From an archaeon (GTDB taxonomy: Archaea > Nanobdellota > Nanobdellia > Pacearchaeales > GW2011-AR1): 64,000 bases of DNA. Below the pieces are notes generated by a model. The model did no database searches. It saw nothing but the letters and a program-made list of their open reading frames with translations, and had not been told where the DNA came from. Positions within the stretch are counted from its first letter, which is position 1; every line of letters begins with the position of its first letter. This document shows positions 37,209-45,511 of this stretch, piece by piece. The stretch spans positions 1,507 to 65,506 of the forward strand of contig JBDRJD010000034.1 in NCBI GenBank assembly GCA_043815245.1, written 5' to 3'. The translations under genes were made by a program, and so were the position numbers.

Positions 37209-37817
37209 TTATGCTGCTATATGGACTCTTTTTTTTCTTACTACCTGCATAAACTTTTCATGAGGCGCTACTACATCTATTTCATGTATTCTTGCTTCTA
37301 AATTTAGATTTCTAAAAATCCAATTAGCCATTCCGTGTGCAAATCCAATAGAGGTATTTGTATTATACATCGTCTTACTTCTGCCAGTATTTGTTTTGGA
37401 CTTTACAACATCTTTTATGTGTATTTTTGAAGGATCTATAAGAGTTTTTTCAGAAACCAGCTTTCTAAGTAATTTAATACGCCCGTTACTATGATAGCCA
37501 TCAAGGTAAATATCCATCTCGTCTTGTCCGTTTTTAAGGGGAAGAATTAGTTGGGAAGCGACTTCATAGGCCCACTTGTGTCGACCGAAGATTTGGATAT
37601 ATTCTTGTGGAATGAGTGCGTATCTAAAGTCTCTGCCGTCGTGCTTAATCAAACCAGCCCTTAGCTCTGCGTGGCTTCTAATTTTCCTTACTTCTTCTCT
37701 TACTGTTCCATCCCTCGGGTTAGTGCTAGCTACCGCCACCATCACTGTAGGATATTGTCCGTTGTTTGATTCATCAATTCCTACGATATATTTTCTTTGG
37801 CTGGATCCTTCGACCAT
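37209..37817 (-). CDS. Hypothetical protein with an RNase H-like N-terminal motif
   Basis: YIVGIDESNNGQYPTVMVAV resembles the GIDEAGRG start of RNase HII-type folds, and a later DIYLDGY follows. Not confidently assignable. Confidence 0.3.
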   Translation of the reverse strand: MVEGSSQRKYIVGIDESNNGQYPTVMVAVASTNPRDGTVREEVRKIRSHAELRAGLIKHDGRDFRYALIPQEYIQIFGRHKWAYEVASQLILPLKNGQDEMDIYLDGYHSNGRIKLLRKLVSEKTLIDPSKIHIKDVVKSKTNTGRSKTMYNTNTSIGFAHGMANWIFRNLNLEARIHEIDVVAPHEKFMQVVRKKRVHIAA

Positions 37818-37876
37818 ATAACCTAAGAAAACTGGAGGTATAAAAACTTTTATAGTGTAAACTACATACCTTTTGA

Positions 37877-38551
37877 ATGAAAAAAGCTTGTGTTTTATTC
37901 TCAGGAGGAAAAGACTCAGCTTTAGCTTTATTTAAGGCAAGTAAAAAGTATAAGATTGAATTTTTGCTGAATATGGTTCCGGAAAATAAAGATAGCTTTA
38001 TGTTTCATAAGCCAGAATTGAAACTGTTGAAAAAGCAGGCTGAGATGCTTGGAATCAAGTTAGTTATAGGAAAAACAAAAGGGGAAAAAGAAAAAGAATT
38101 AAAAGATTTAAAGAGGTTGATTGAAAAAGTTAAAGATAAGGTGGAAGTGATTGTTATTGGAGGATTGGCTAGTAACTATCAGGGAGATAGAATTAATAAG
38201 ATTGCTTCTGAACTCGGGCTAGATGTTTATGCCCCCCTTTGGGATTATTCAGCAGAGGAATTATGGAATGAGCTGCTTGGGGAAGGATTTGAGGTGGTTC
38301 TTACAAAGATAGCTTGCGAGGGGATTCCTTTAGCTTACTTGGGAAGAGTTATAGATGAGTTAGTTTTAGAAGATTTGAAAAAGTTAGCAAAGACTTATAA
38401 GTTTAGGTTGGATTTTGAAGGTGGGGAAGCGGAGTCGGTGGTTTTGTTTATGCCGGGATTTAAGAAAAGAATAAAAATACGGTATGATATTGAAAGTGAG
38501 GATAAATATAGACATTTTATCAAGAATTTAGAAATAAAAGAAGTTGAGTGA
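37877..38551 (+). CDS. Diphthine-ammonia ligase-like ATP pyrophosphatase (Dph6 / MJ0570 family)
   Basis: PP-loop VLFSGGKDS, GGLASNYQGDRINKIASELGL..APLW. Confidence 0.75.
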   Translation: MKKACVLFSGGKDSALALFKASKKYKIEFLLNMVPENKDSFMFHKPELKLLKKQAEMLGIKLVIGKTKGEKEKELKDLKRLIEKVKDKVEVIVIGGLASNYQGDRINKIASELGLDVYAPLWDYSAEELWNELLGEGFEVVLTKIACEGIPLAYLGRVIDELVLEDLKKLAKTYKFRLDFEGGEAESVVLFMPGFKKRIKIRYDIESEDKYRHFIKNLEIKEVE

Positions 38552-38957
38552 AATGAAAATAAGAAAAGCTAATAAAGAGGATGTAAAAGATTGCTTAGAG
38601 ATTCAGGAATTAGACAGGAAAATCTCTTTTAAGGCAAGTGATCTAAAAGAAGCTATTAAAAATAAAGATGTCATCTTTGTAGTTGGAGAAGAGGGTCAGA
38701 AGGTTATAGGCTATACCTTGGGTTTTGTTGATCCCTGCATGAGGAATGACGTTTTAATTTCTGAAACGAGAGTAGACAGAAGATTCAGAAAAAAAGGTAT
38801 TGGGACTCAACTTGTTCAGGCTTTTTGTAAGGAATGCTTTAAAAGAAATAAAAAATCAGTAGTTGCTTTAATTAAGTCAGAACATTTGAAATTTTACGTT
38901 GGTTCGTGTAAGTTTAAAAAAAGGACTAGTTGGATAGATGTAGTGAGGAAAAAATGA
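38544..38957 (+). CDS. GNAT-family N-acetyltransferase
   Basis: IRKANKEDV start and acetyl-CoA motif RRFRKKGIGTQLV. Confidence 0.75.
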   Translation: MSEMKIRKANKEDVKDCLEIQELDRKISFKASDLKEAIKNKDVIFVVGEEGQKVIGYTLGFVDPCMRNDVLISETRVDRRFRKKGIGTQLVQAFCKECFKRNKKSVVALIKSEHLKFYVGSCKFKKRTSWIDVVRKK

Positions 38958-40150
38958 GCAGCCCAGAGTTTTATAAAAAGAAGTTAAAGAACGGTTTAAC
39001 AGTTTTATTTGAAAGTAGGAAACAGCCGGTTGTTTCTGTATGCTCTGCCGTCCAGTATGGCTCGGGCCATGAGCCTACTTTAACTAAGGGTGCTGCACAC
39101 TTAATTGAGCATATGACTTTCAAGGGCACTAAAACCAGGACTCATGATCAAATTGCCAGGGAAATTGAAAAAAAAGGAGGAGTGATTAATGCGACAACAG
39201 GGGAGGAAGTAACATTTTACTGGAATAAGCTTCCTTCTAAACATCTCAAGGCTGGAATCGATATTTCTTCTGATTTAATTTTGAACCCCCTGCTAGATGC
39301 AAAAGAATTTGAGAAGGAAAAAAAGGTTGTTTTGGAAGAGATTAAGATGTACAGAGATAATCCTCGATATCATGTTATGGAAAAAATTAAAGAAATGCTT
39401 TACAAAGAGCCTTTCTCTATTTTCGGGGCAGGCACCCCAGACACGGTTAGTAAGCTTACACGGGAGGATATTTTTAAGATATACAACACTAACTATTCTA
39501 CTAACAACATGATTTTATGCGTTGTAGGAAAAGCTGATTTTGAAGAGATTTGTAAGCTAGCGGAAAAAAACTTTCCTGGAAGAATCGGCAAGACTGCCCC
39601 AATCAAACCTGTTTTGACTAATAAGAACGAAGTTGAAATAAGGAAGGGAATAGATCAAGCAAATTTTATGTTTGGGGTTCATTGTCCAAAAAGAGGACCG
39701 GATAGTTACGCTTTTCGAGTTTTGTTAATGTATCTTGCTGGGGGGATGAGCTCTGTGTTGCACGAAGAGATAAGGGAGAAAAGAGGACTGGTCTACACTA
39801 TTCGGGGAGATCTAGACATTGGTGCGAGTTATGGTTATGCAACTATTTATGCTGGAACCATGAAGAAAAATATAAGTAAAATTAAAGGGCTAATTCTTGA
39901 GGAGCTTAAGAAAATAAAAAACTTAAATCGAAAAGAGCTTGAAGAAACAAAAGAACAGCTAATAGGGCTAAGCGGGATTGCTTCTGAAGATTCTACTAAT
40001 GTTATGGAGATGTTAATTCAGGAAGAGATTGCAGGCGGTGCAGAAAGGTATTATGATTACGAAAAATTGATTAGTCAGGTTAAATTAGATGACGTGAGAA
40101 AAGCGGCTAAGATAAAGAGTTATTCTACTTTTGCTTTGGTTCCGCAGTAA
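38954..40150 (+). CDS. M16-family (pitrilysin-like) zinc peptidase
   Basis: Inverted zinc motif HLIEHMTFKG (HxxEH). ATG at 38954 forms an ATGA overlap with the GNAT stop. Confidence 0.8.
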   Translation: MSSPEFYKKKLKNGLTVLFESRKQPVVSVCSAVQYGSGHEPTLTKGAAHLIEHMTFKGTKTRTHDQIAREIEKKGGVINATTGEEVTFYWNKLPSKHLKAGIDISSDLILNPLLDAKEFEKEKKVVLEEIKMYRDNPRYHVMEKIKEMLYKEPFSIFGAGTPDTVSKLTREDIFKIYNTNYSTNNMILCVVGKADFEEICKLAEKNFPGRIGKTAPIKPVLTNKNEVEIRKGIDQANFMFGVHCPKRGPDSYAFRVLLMYLAGGMSSVLHEEIREKRGLVYTIRGDLDIGASYGYATIYAGTMKKNISKIKGLILEELKKIKNLNRKELEETKEQLIGLSGIASEDSTNVMEMLIQEEIAGGAERYYDYEKLISQVKLDDVRKAAKIKSYSTFALVPQ

Positions 40151-40171
40151 AATAAAGAAAAAAATAAAAAA

Positions 40172-40357
40172 TTAAGACTTATAGTTCATTACTAGCTTGT
40201 TTATACCAACAGCTAAGACTATTACCGCTATTAACCATCCTAAGATGCTGCTTTCTATTGGTGATCCCAGTACAGAGATGTCTAGCAGCATTAAGACTAA
40301 GTTGACAACTAACAGTAATCCTAGGGCAGTTACAAGCCAGGCAGTTATTTTTCCCAT
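40172..40357 (-). CDS. Small 2-TM membrane protein
   Basis: 61 aa. Strong RBS (aaaggaggtcaaaATG on the coding strand). Confidence 0.5.
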   Translation of the reverse strand: MGKITAWLVTALGLLLVVNLVLMLLDISVLGSPIESSILGWLIAVIVLAVGINKLVMNYKS

Positions 40358-40369
40358 TTTGACCTCCTT

Positions 40370-40807
40370 TTATTTAAAAGCTCCTTTTACTTTTGAGCTG
40401 AATATTAGATAAATTCCAATAGCTAAATTGATTATTAAACCTACAATGCTTCTGTATTGCAACTGTATAAGTGAGGCAATTGCGGTTAAAGTTCCGAGCA
40501 CAGAAAAAGCGATTATTACTATTCTTGCCCAGTTTCTTAACTGCCAAAGTTTTCTCCCAATTATCAACCCAATAATTCCAAATAATATAAACCCAATTCC
40601 CATTGTTATCAAGGCGCCACCGATTACTTCCCTTCCACTTTCAATTATCTGAGCCTTTAGAGCATCTGATATCCCGGTAGCTATATCTGAAGAGCCCAAT
40701 AGGAACAATATTCCAATTATTATTGTGAAGACTGAAGCTAGATAGTATAGAATAGATATTACTTTTACCCCGCGGGGAATTTTATTAAACTGTGCCTCTT
40801 TTTTCAT
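40370..40807 (-). CDS. Hypothetical 4-TM membrane protein
   Basis: 145 aa with four hydrophobic helices, in tandem with the 61-aa gene. Confidence 0.5.
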   Translation of the reverse strand: MKKEAQFNKIPRGVKVISILYYLASVFTIIIGILFLLGSSDIATGISDALKAQIIESGREVIGGALITMGIGFILFGIIGLIIGRKLWQLRNWARIVIIAFSVLGTLTAIASLIQLQYRSIVGLIINLAIGIYLIFSSKVKGAFK

Positions 40808-40867
40808 TTTATCTCTTTCTAATCATAGTAAATATACATTTAAAAATGTTTAGAATTTAAGAACAGA

Positions 40868-41662
40868 ATGCAATTAATGAGAGTTCCAGGTATAAACGGG
40901 CTGGAGAAAACTAAGGGATGTCGGAACGCGGGGACTGCTATCATAGCCGCGCTTAGAGATATTAAAACCAGTGAGAAGGGTAAACCAATTAATGTGAGTT
41001 TGCTTGATTTGGAAGAGTCTCATGTGGATAATAGTAATTTGGAAGAACAGGAGGGTTTAATCTACAAAAATTCTAAAAATGCTTTCGAGACACAGAATAA
41101 AATTATTTTTTTAGGGGGAGATCATTCGATTACTTTTCCAATCACAAGAGCTTTTAAGGATAGCTTTGAAGATCCGTGCCTTATTGTTTTTGATGCACAT
41201 GCAGACTCTATGAAGCCTATGAAGCAGCCCACACATGAAGAGTGGTTGAGAGCTTTAGTTGAAGACGGATTTCCAAAAGAGAGCATTCTATTAGTCGGTG
41301 CCAGAAATATTGAACAAGAAGAGTTAATCTGGCTGAACAAAGAAGGGATAAAAAGAATAGATATCGGTGAGCTAATAAATAATATTGAGGATACTACAGA
41401 TGCTATTATGGAGTTTTCTTCAAGAAAGAATTTATATGTTAGCTTGGATATTGATGTGGTGGATCCTGTTTATGCGCCCTCAACTAATTATCCTGAGGCT
41501 GCTGGACTTTCGAGTCGACAGCTGATTTATATTTTTCAAAGAATTGCGATGATGAAAAACTTGAAAGCTGTTGATATTGTGGAAGTTGATTCTGAGAAAG
41601 ATAAGAAAAAAGATAATGTTACAGTTAAGCTAGCTGCTAAAATCGTGGCAGAGTTGGTTTAA
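40868..41662 (+). CDS. Ureohydrolase (agmatinase/arginase family)
   Basis: Mn-binding motifs GGDHSITFP, FDAHADS, SLDIDVVDP. Confidence 0.8.
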   Translation: MQLMRVPGINGLEKTKGCRNAGTAIIAALRDIKTSEKGKPINVSLLDLEESHVDNSNLEEQEGLIYKNSKNAFETQNKIIFLGGDHSITFPITRAFKDSFEDPCLIVFDAHADSMKPMKQPTHEEWLRALVEDGFPKESILLVGARNIEQEELIWLNKEGIKRIDIGELINNIEDTTDAIMEFSSRKNLYVSLDIDVVDPVYAPSTNYPEAAGLSSRQLIYIFQRIAMMKNLKAVDIVEVDSEKDKKKDNVTVKLAAKIVAELV

Positions 41663-41663
41663 T

Positions 41664-42116
41664 ATGAAAATTAAAAAGCCGAATTATAACGAAGAAGATA
41701 AAGAAGATTATTCTGGGGTGCACGCTATTATTAAAGATGATAATGGTAGGATATTAATGCAAAAGCATGTTAAGTACGGATTTTGGACTATTCCTATTGG
41801 CAAGGTCAAGCTTGGAGGAGATATTGAAGAGGGTTTTAAAAAAGAAGTTTTTGAAGAGTGTGGCATAAGAGTGAAGAAAATGAAGAAATTAAATGAGAGG
41901 GAAGATGTCTATGATATTGAGGGCAAGAAAATCAAAGATTATAAGATACAGTTTGAAATCTTGGAATATGGGGGCCAGATTGAAAATAAAGAGCCAGAAA
42001 AACATGAAGAGCAGAGGTTTATGGGTGTTGAAGAAATAAAATCAATTCCACATTTATCTGATGGCACTGTGCTTTATCTGGCTAGCTTGGGAATTAAGAG
42101 AAAAGCACTAATTTGA
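41664..42116 (+). CDS. NUDIX hydrolase
   Basis: Nudix box GKVKLGGDIEEGFKKEVFEECGI. Confidence 0.8.
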   Translation: MKIKKPNYNEEDKEDYSGVHAIIKDDNGRILMQKHVKYGFWTIPIGKVKLGGDIEEGFKKEVFEECGIRVKKMKKLNEREDVYDIEGKKIKDYKIQFEILEYGGQIENKEPEKHEEQRFMGVEEIKSIPHLSDGTVLYLASLGIKRKALI

Positions 42117-42164
42117 TAAGTTTTTTAAAGAGCCATTTGTTTAATTTAAAAAAGAGATGATAAG

Positions 42165-42794
42165 ATGATTAAGATTAATCGTGTGATCTGGTTACTGATA
42201 CTTTCTGATATACTTATAGTTTCAAGTTTTGGATTGATTTCTCCAATCTTTGCAATTTTTATGAAAGATGGCATCCCTGGAGGAAGTGTAGTCGCTGCTG
42301 GAACAGCAGCTACTGTTTACTGGCTTGTAAAATCTGTTTTACAATTGCCGTTTTCACTTTACTTAGATAAGAAAAGACATAAGTTGAGCTTTCTTTATGT
42401 TGGAACTTTTTTAATTATAATGGTTCCTATTATTTATGCGATTGCTAAAGATGTTTATTGGATCTATGCAGCCCAGATTTTTTATGCCTTGGGAGCTGCA
42501 ATGGCTGTTCCTACTTGGCTGTGTTTGTTTACAATGCATATTGATAGTAAGCATAGGGGATTTGAATGGGCTTTATGGAGTACTTCAATAGGTCTTGGAA
42601 CTGCTTTAGCGGCTTTTCTTGGAGCTGAATTAGTAGGGATAATCGGGTTTAAAGTCTTGTTTTTTATAGTTAGTGGTATTTCTTTTCTTGGATTTTTAAT
42701 TTTAATAGGATTGAGTAGGAAACACCTAATTCCTGAGAAAAAAGTGAAGCGCACAAGTCATATTCATAAGGCTAGTGCTGCTGTTAAAAAATAA
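42165..42794 (+). CDS. Six-TM half-size MFS-like membrane protein
   Basis: 209 aa with six predicted helices. Resembles one MFS half (DKKRHK loop after TM2). Confidence 0.4.
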   Translation: MIKINRVIWLLILSDILIVSSFGLISPIFAIFMKDGIPGGSVVAAGTAATVYWLVKSVLQLPFSLYLDKKRHKLSFLYVGTFLIIMVPIIYAIAKDVYWIYAAQIFYALGAAMAVPTWLCLFTMHIDSKHRGFEWALWSTSIGLGTALAAFLGAELVGIIGFKVLFFIVSGISFLGFLILIGLSRKHLIPEKKVKRTSHIHKASAAVKK

Positions 42795-42845
42795 AGGGCG
42801 CCGAGGCAAGGATAATTTTTTATACTTCTGTTTCCTGATAAAGAG

Positions 42846-43382
42846 GTGAGAGCTTTTATTAGTATTGAACTAAGTGAAGAAGCTAAAAAAGAGGCAGAAA
42901 GAGTAGGAAAACTAATTTGGGAAAAAGATATTGTGAGGGGGAGGTTTGTCAAGGGTGAAAATTTACATTTAACTTTAAAGTTTCTTGGTGAGTTGACTGA
43001 CTTAGAGGTTGAAAAAACTAAAAAAGCGTTGTCTGGATTAAAGCTGAAAAAATTTAAGGTAAGGCTCAAGGATGCGGGATTCTTTTCTCCAACTTTTGTA
43101 AAGGTCTTATGGGTGGGGCTTGAGGGGGAGGGGGTTTTTAAGCTGCAGGAGCAGATTGATAATTTGTTAAAGGATATTTTTCCAAAGGAGAAGAGTTTTG
43201 TAAGTCATATCACAATTGCAAGGGTAAAAAAGATATTAGACAAAGAGAAATTCATGAAATTTTTTAATGAACTAAAGGTAGAAGAAGTTGAGTTTGATGT
43301 ATCTGAAGTTAAACTTAAAAAATCTGAGCTTTCTAAAGAGGGTCCGGTTTATGAAAATGTTTTAGAGGTGAAGCTAAAATAG
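42846..43382 (+). CDS. thpR: RNA 2',3'-cyclic phosphodiesterase (ThpR/LigT, 2H family)
   Basis: Two H-x-T/S motifs, HLTLKF and HITIAR. GTG start reading MRAFISIEL. Confidence 0.8.
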   Translation: MRAFISIELSEEAKKEAERVGKLIWEKDIVRGRFVKGENLHLTLKFLGELTDLEVEKTKKALSGLKLKKFKVRLKDAGFFSPTFVKVLWVGLEGEGVFKLQEQIDNLLKDIFPKEKSFVSHITIARVKKILDKEKFMKFFNELKVEEVEFDVSEVKLKKSELSKEGPVYENVLEVKLK

Positions 43383-43488
43383 AAATATAAGTAAGAAAGA
43401 GGCCTGGATTTTATATACTTTTTGTTTTCTAATATATATCTCTTGGAATAACTTTCTTTATATATCTTACAAGTTTGATAGTATTTTA

Positions 43489-43779
43489 ATGGAAGAATTT
43501 TCAAGAGAGTCAAATACGGTTATAGGGGGGTATAATACGGAGTGTGACGCTGAACTTTTGTTTAGGGCTTTTTCTAACATGTATGAGCGTCCAAGAAATC
43601 CTAAAGGGAGCAAGAGATATATTGTTATTGGAGGGGGGAGTGAGACTGAGAGGAGGGATTTGCAAGATAGATTAAGAAGAATAATGCCTCTTGATACTGC
43701 TTATATCTTCTTAGCAGAAGTTATTGGGAGGGAAGCTATGCATGATTCACATGCGTTTAATATTAATTTAGATAATTAA
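43489..43779 (+). CDS. Hypothetical protein (orphan)
   Basis: 96-aa ORF downstream of several TATA-like boxes. No family recognised. Confidence 0.4.
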   Translation: MEEFSRESNTVIGGYNTECDAELLFRAFSNMYERPRNPKGSKRYIVIGGGSETERRDLQDRLRRIMPLDTAYIFLAEVIGREAMHDSHAFNINLDN

Positions 43780-43790
43780 AGGAGGTTAAA

Positions 43791-44153
43791 ATGGGAGGAT
43801 TAGATTTAAAGAGTTTTTCTAAGTGTTATGTCTCTACGGCATTGAGGCTAGCAAAAAGCCAACCAACTGCAGAGGATTTTTATGAGGTCTTGTACTCTGA
43901 GGTTTCTACAGAGTTGGGAATAACCGAAACAGACGTTAAAGAATTACATCACCCCTTTCATTGGGTGTTTTTTAATAACAAGAATGGAAGTCCTTTTGAG
44001 TATGTGCAATCTGGAAGGCCAGGAGAGAAACCTTATGTGAGGCTTAAAGAGGAAGTCAGAGAAGAAACTGCAGAGGAGTTAGCAGGCTTAGTTTTAAGGG
44101 GGCATGAAGTCCACCTTAAGGCGAGGGCTGATAAGATTTTTCAGCTAGAGTAA
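43791..44153 (+). CDS. Hypothetical protein (orphan)
   Basis: 120 aa. Strong RBS aaaggaggttaaaATG, 11 nt after the previous stop. Confidence 0.5.
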   Translation: MGGLDLKSFSKCYVSTALRLAKSQPTAEDFYEVLYSEVSTELGITETDVKELHHPFHWVFFNNKNGSPFEYVQSGRPGEKPYVRLKEEVREETAEELAGLVLRGHEVHLKARADKIFQLE

Positions 44154-44808
44154 ATATCTCAGCTTTTTTTCCGATTTCAGCTTTTAGTTCTTCTAGAGGG
44201 GCATTAATTATATTTTTAATCGTGTTGTATTTTTTTAAGAGTTTTTTAGCTGTTTTAGGCCCTATTCCCGGAAAACCTTCTAAGATAAATTGCATTTGTT
44301 CTTTTTTATTCCTGCTTTTTTTCTTTGCTCTTAATCCTAAGTTATATTCTTGAGGTTTTTTTGCAAGGATGTAAAGAAATTTGGCTGTATCTGCGCTGTC
44401 TTTTGTAAAAATTATCGGTACTTGGTATTCTAAGATAATTGATAAAAGAAAGCCACGTATTGCGTTGCCATGGACTCCTTCTGGAGAATCATCATATAGC
44501 TCCTGATGGTCCGCACCTTCAATTAACAATAAGTGCTTAGGATATTGCTTTATTTCTTCCAATTGACGAGTCAGCCTTTTGTTAATCATACTGTTTACAA
44601 AGTCGTTTATTGTTTTTCTTTCAATAGCTATATCTTTGATTAAATAATCGGCTACTGGAAGATTTTTGAATTCAACATCAACTGACAAATCAGCTAATTC
44701 CGATATAACCATGGAATTTTTCTCGTGTAAATCTGCTATTAGCTTTAACTTTGGTTTTTCTTTTTTAATTATCCTCTTTGCGGAAAATATATTTTCAAAT
44801 AGTGGCAT
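44116..44808 (-). CDS. ERCC4-type nuclease with tandem HhH (XPF / Hef nuclease half)
   Basis: VADYLIKDIAIERKTINDFVNSM (GDY..ERK..D signature) and C-terminal (HhH)2 FPGIGPKTAKKLL. Confidence 0.85.
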   Translation of the reverse strand: MPLFENIFSAKRIIKKEKPKLKLIADLHEKNSMVISELADLSVDVEFKNLPVADYLIKDIAIERKTINDFVNSMINKRLTRQLEEIKQYPKHLLLIEGADHQELYDDSPEGVHGNAIRGFLLSIILEYQVPIIFTKDSADTAKFLYILAKKPQEYNLGLRAKKKSRNKKEQMQFILEGFPGIGPKTAKKLLKKYNTIKNIINAPLEELKAEIGKKAEIFTLAEKSYQPSP

Positions 44809-45334
44809 TTTCTAATTTCTTTAGTATTTTCTCTGCTGTTTCCCCAATAGTGAGATTAGAGGTATTTATTATTATATCATAATTGTTTTTATCGTGGTAG
44901 TCTACATTGTAAATTTTCTTCCACCTTCCTTCTAATTCCAATCGCTTTTTTATATTTTTTTGTGTTAATTCCAGGCTCTTATTTTCTTTTTCATCTTCTC
45001 TTTTATGTGCAAAGATTCTTTGAGCCGCAATTTCAGAATCTATGTCAAGAAAGATTTTAATTGAATCTGGAATGAACTGGAAGGCGATTTTAGAATCAAA
45101 AATAAAGTCATCTTCTTTTTCTCCAATGGAGATTACTTTTTCGTCGATTTCTTTGTCAATTGAAATATCTGTTTTAGCCAGTTCACATATTTCGAGCAAA
45201 GAAATCTTCCTTTCTTTAGCAATATCTCTCATCATTTGCCCCGTATGATAGAACTTCAGGTTTAGTTTTTCTGCCAGAATTTTTGCAACTGAAGTTTTCC
45301 CAGCCCCATGTTTTCCTGTGATTGTGATTTTCAC
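44795..45334 (-). CDS. cmk: Cytidylate kinase, archaeal type
   Basis: P-loop ITGKHGAGKTSVAKILAEKLNL, then GQMMRDIAKERKISL. 179 aa. Confidence 0.7.
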   Translation of the reverse strand: MKITITGKHGAGKTSVAKILAEKLNLKFYHTGQMMRDIAKERKISLLEICELAKTDISIDKEIDEKVISIGEKEDDFIFDSKIAFQFIPDSIKIFLDIDSEIAAQRIFAHKREDEKENKSLELTQKNIKKRLELEGRWKKIYNVDYHDKNNYDIIINTSNLTIGETAEKILKKLENATI

Positions 45335-45511
45335 TTTAACCTTGCCAGCATGAATTTATAATTTTTACAAAATAATTTGCAGTAAGGTAGATGGTGGAGC
45401 ATATTAATTTTTTTCTTGTGAATGTGGCATTTTTCATTAGTTATCTTTTTTCCAAATAGCTTGTGCGGGAGGCGGTGTGGAGGGCATGTTTTGGAATTGC
45501 TTATTTTTATT

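Noticed and set aside
42764-43069. 101-aa minus-strand ORF overlapping the ThpR/LigT start.
   Set aside because: Antisense to the HLTLKF motif region of ThpR. S/L/F-rich shadow composition.
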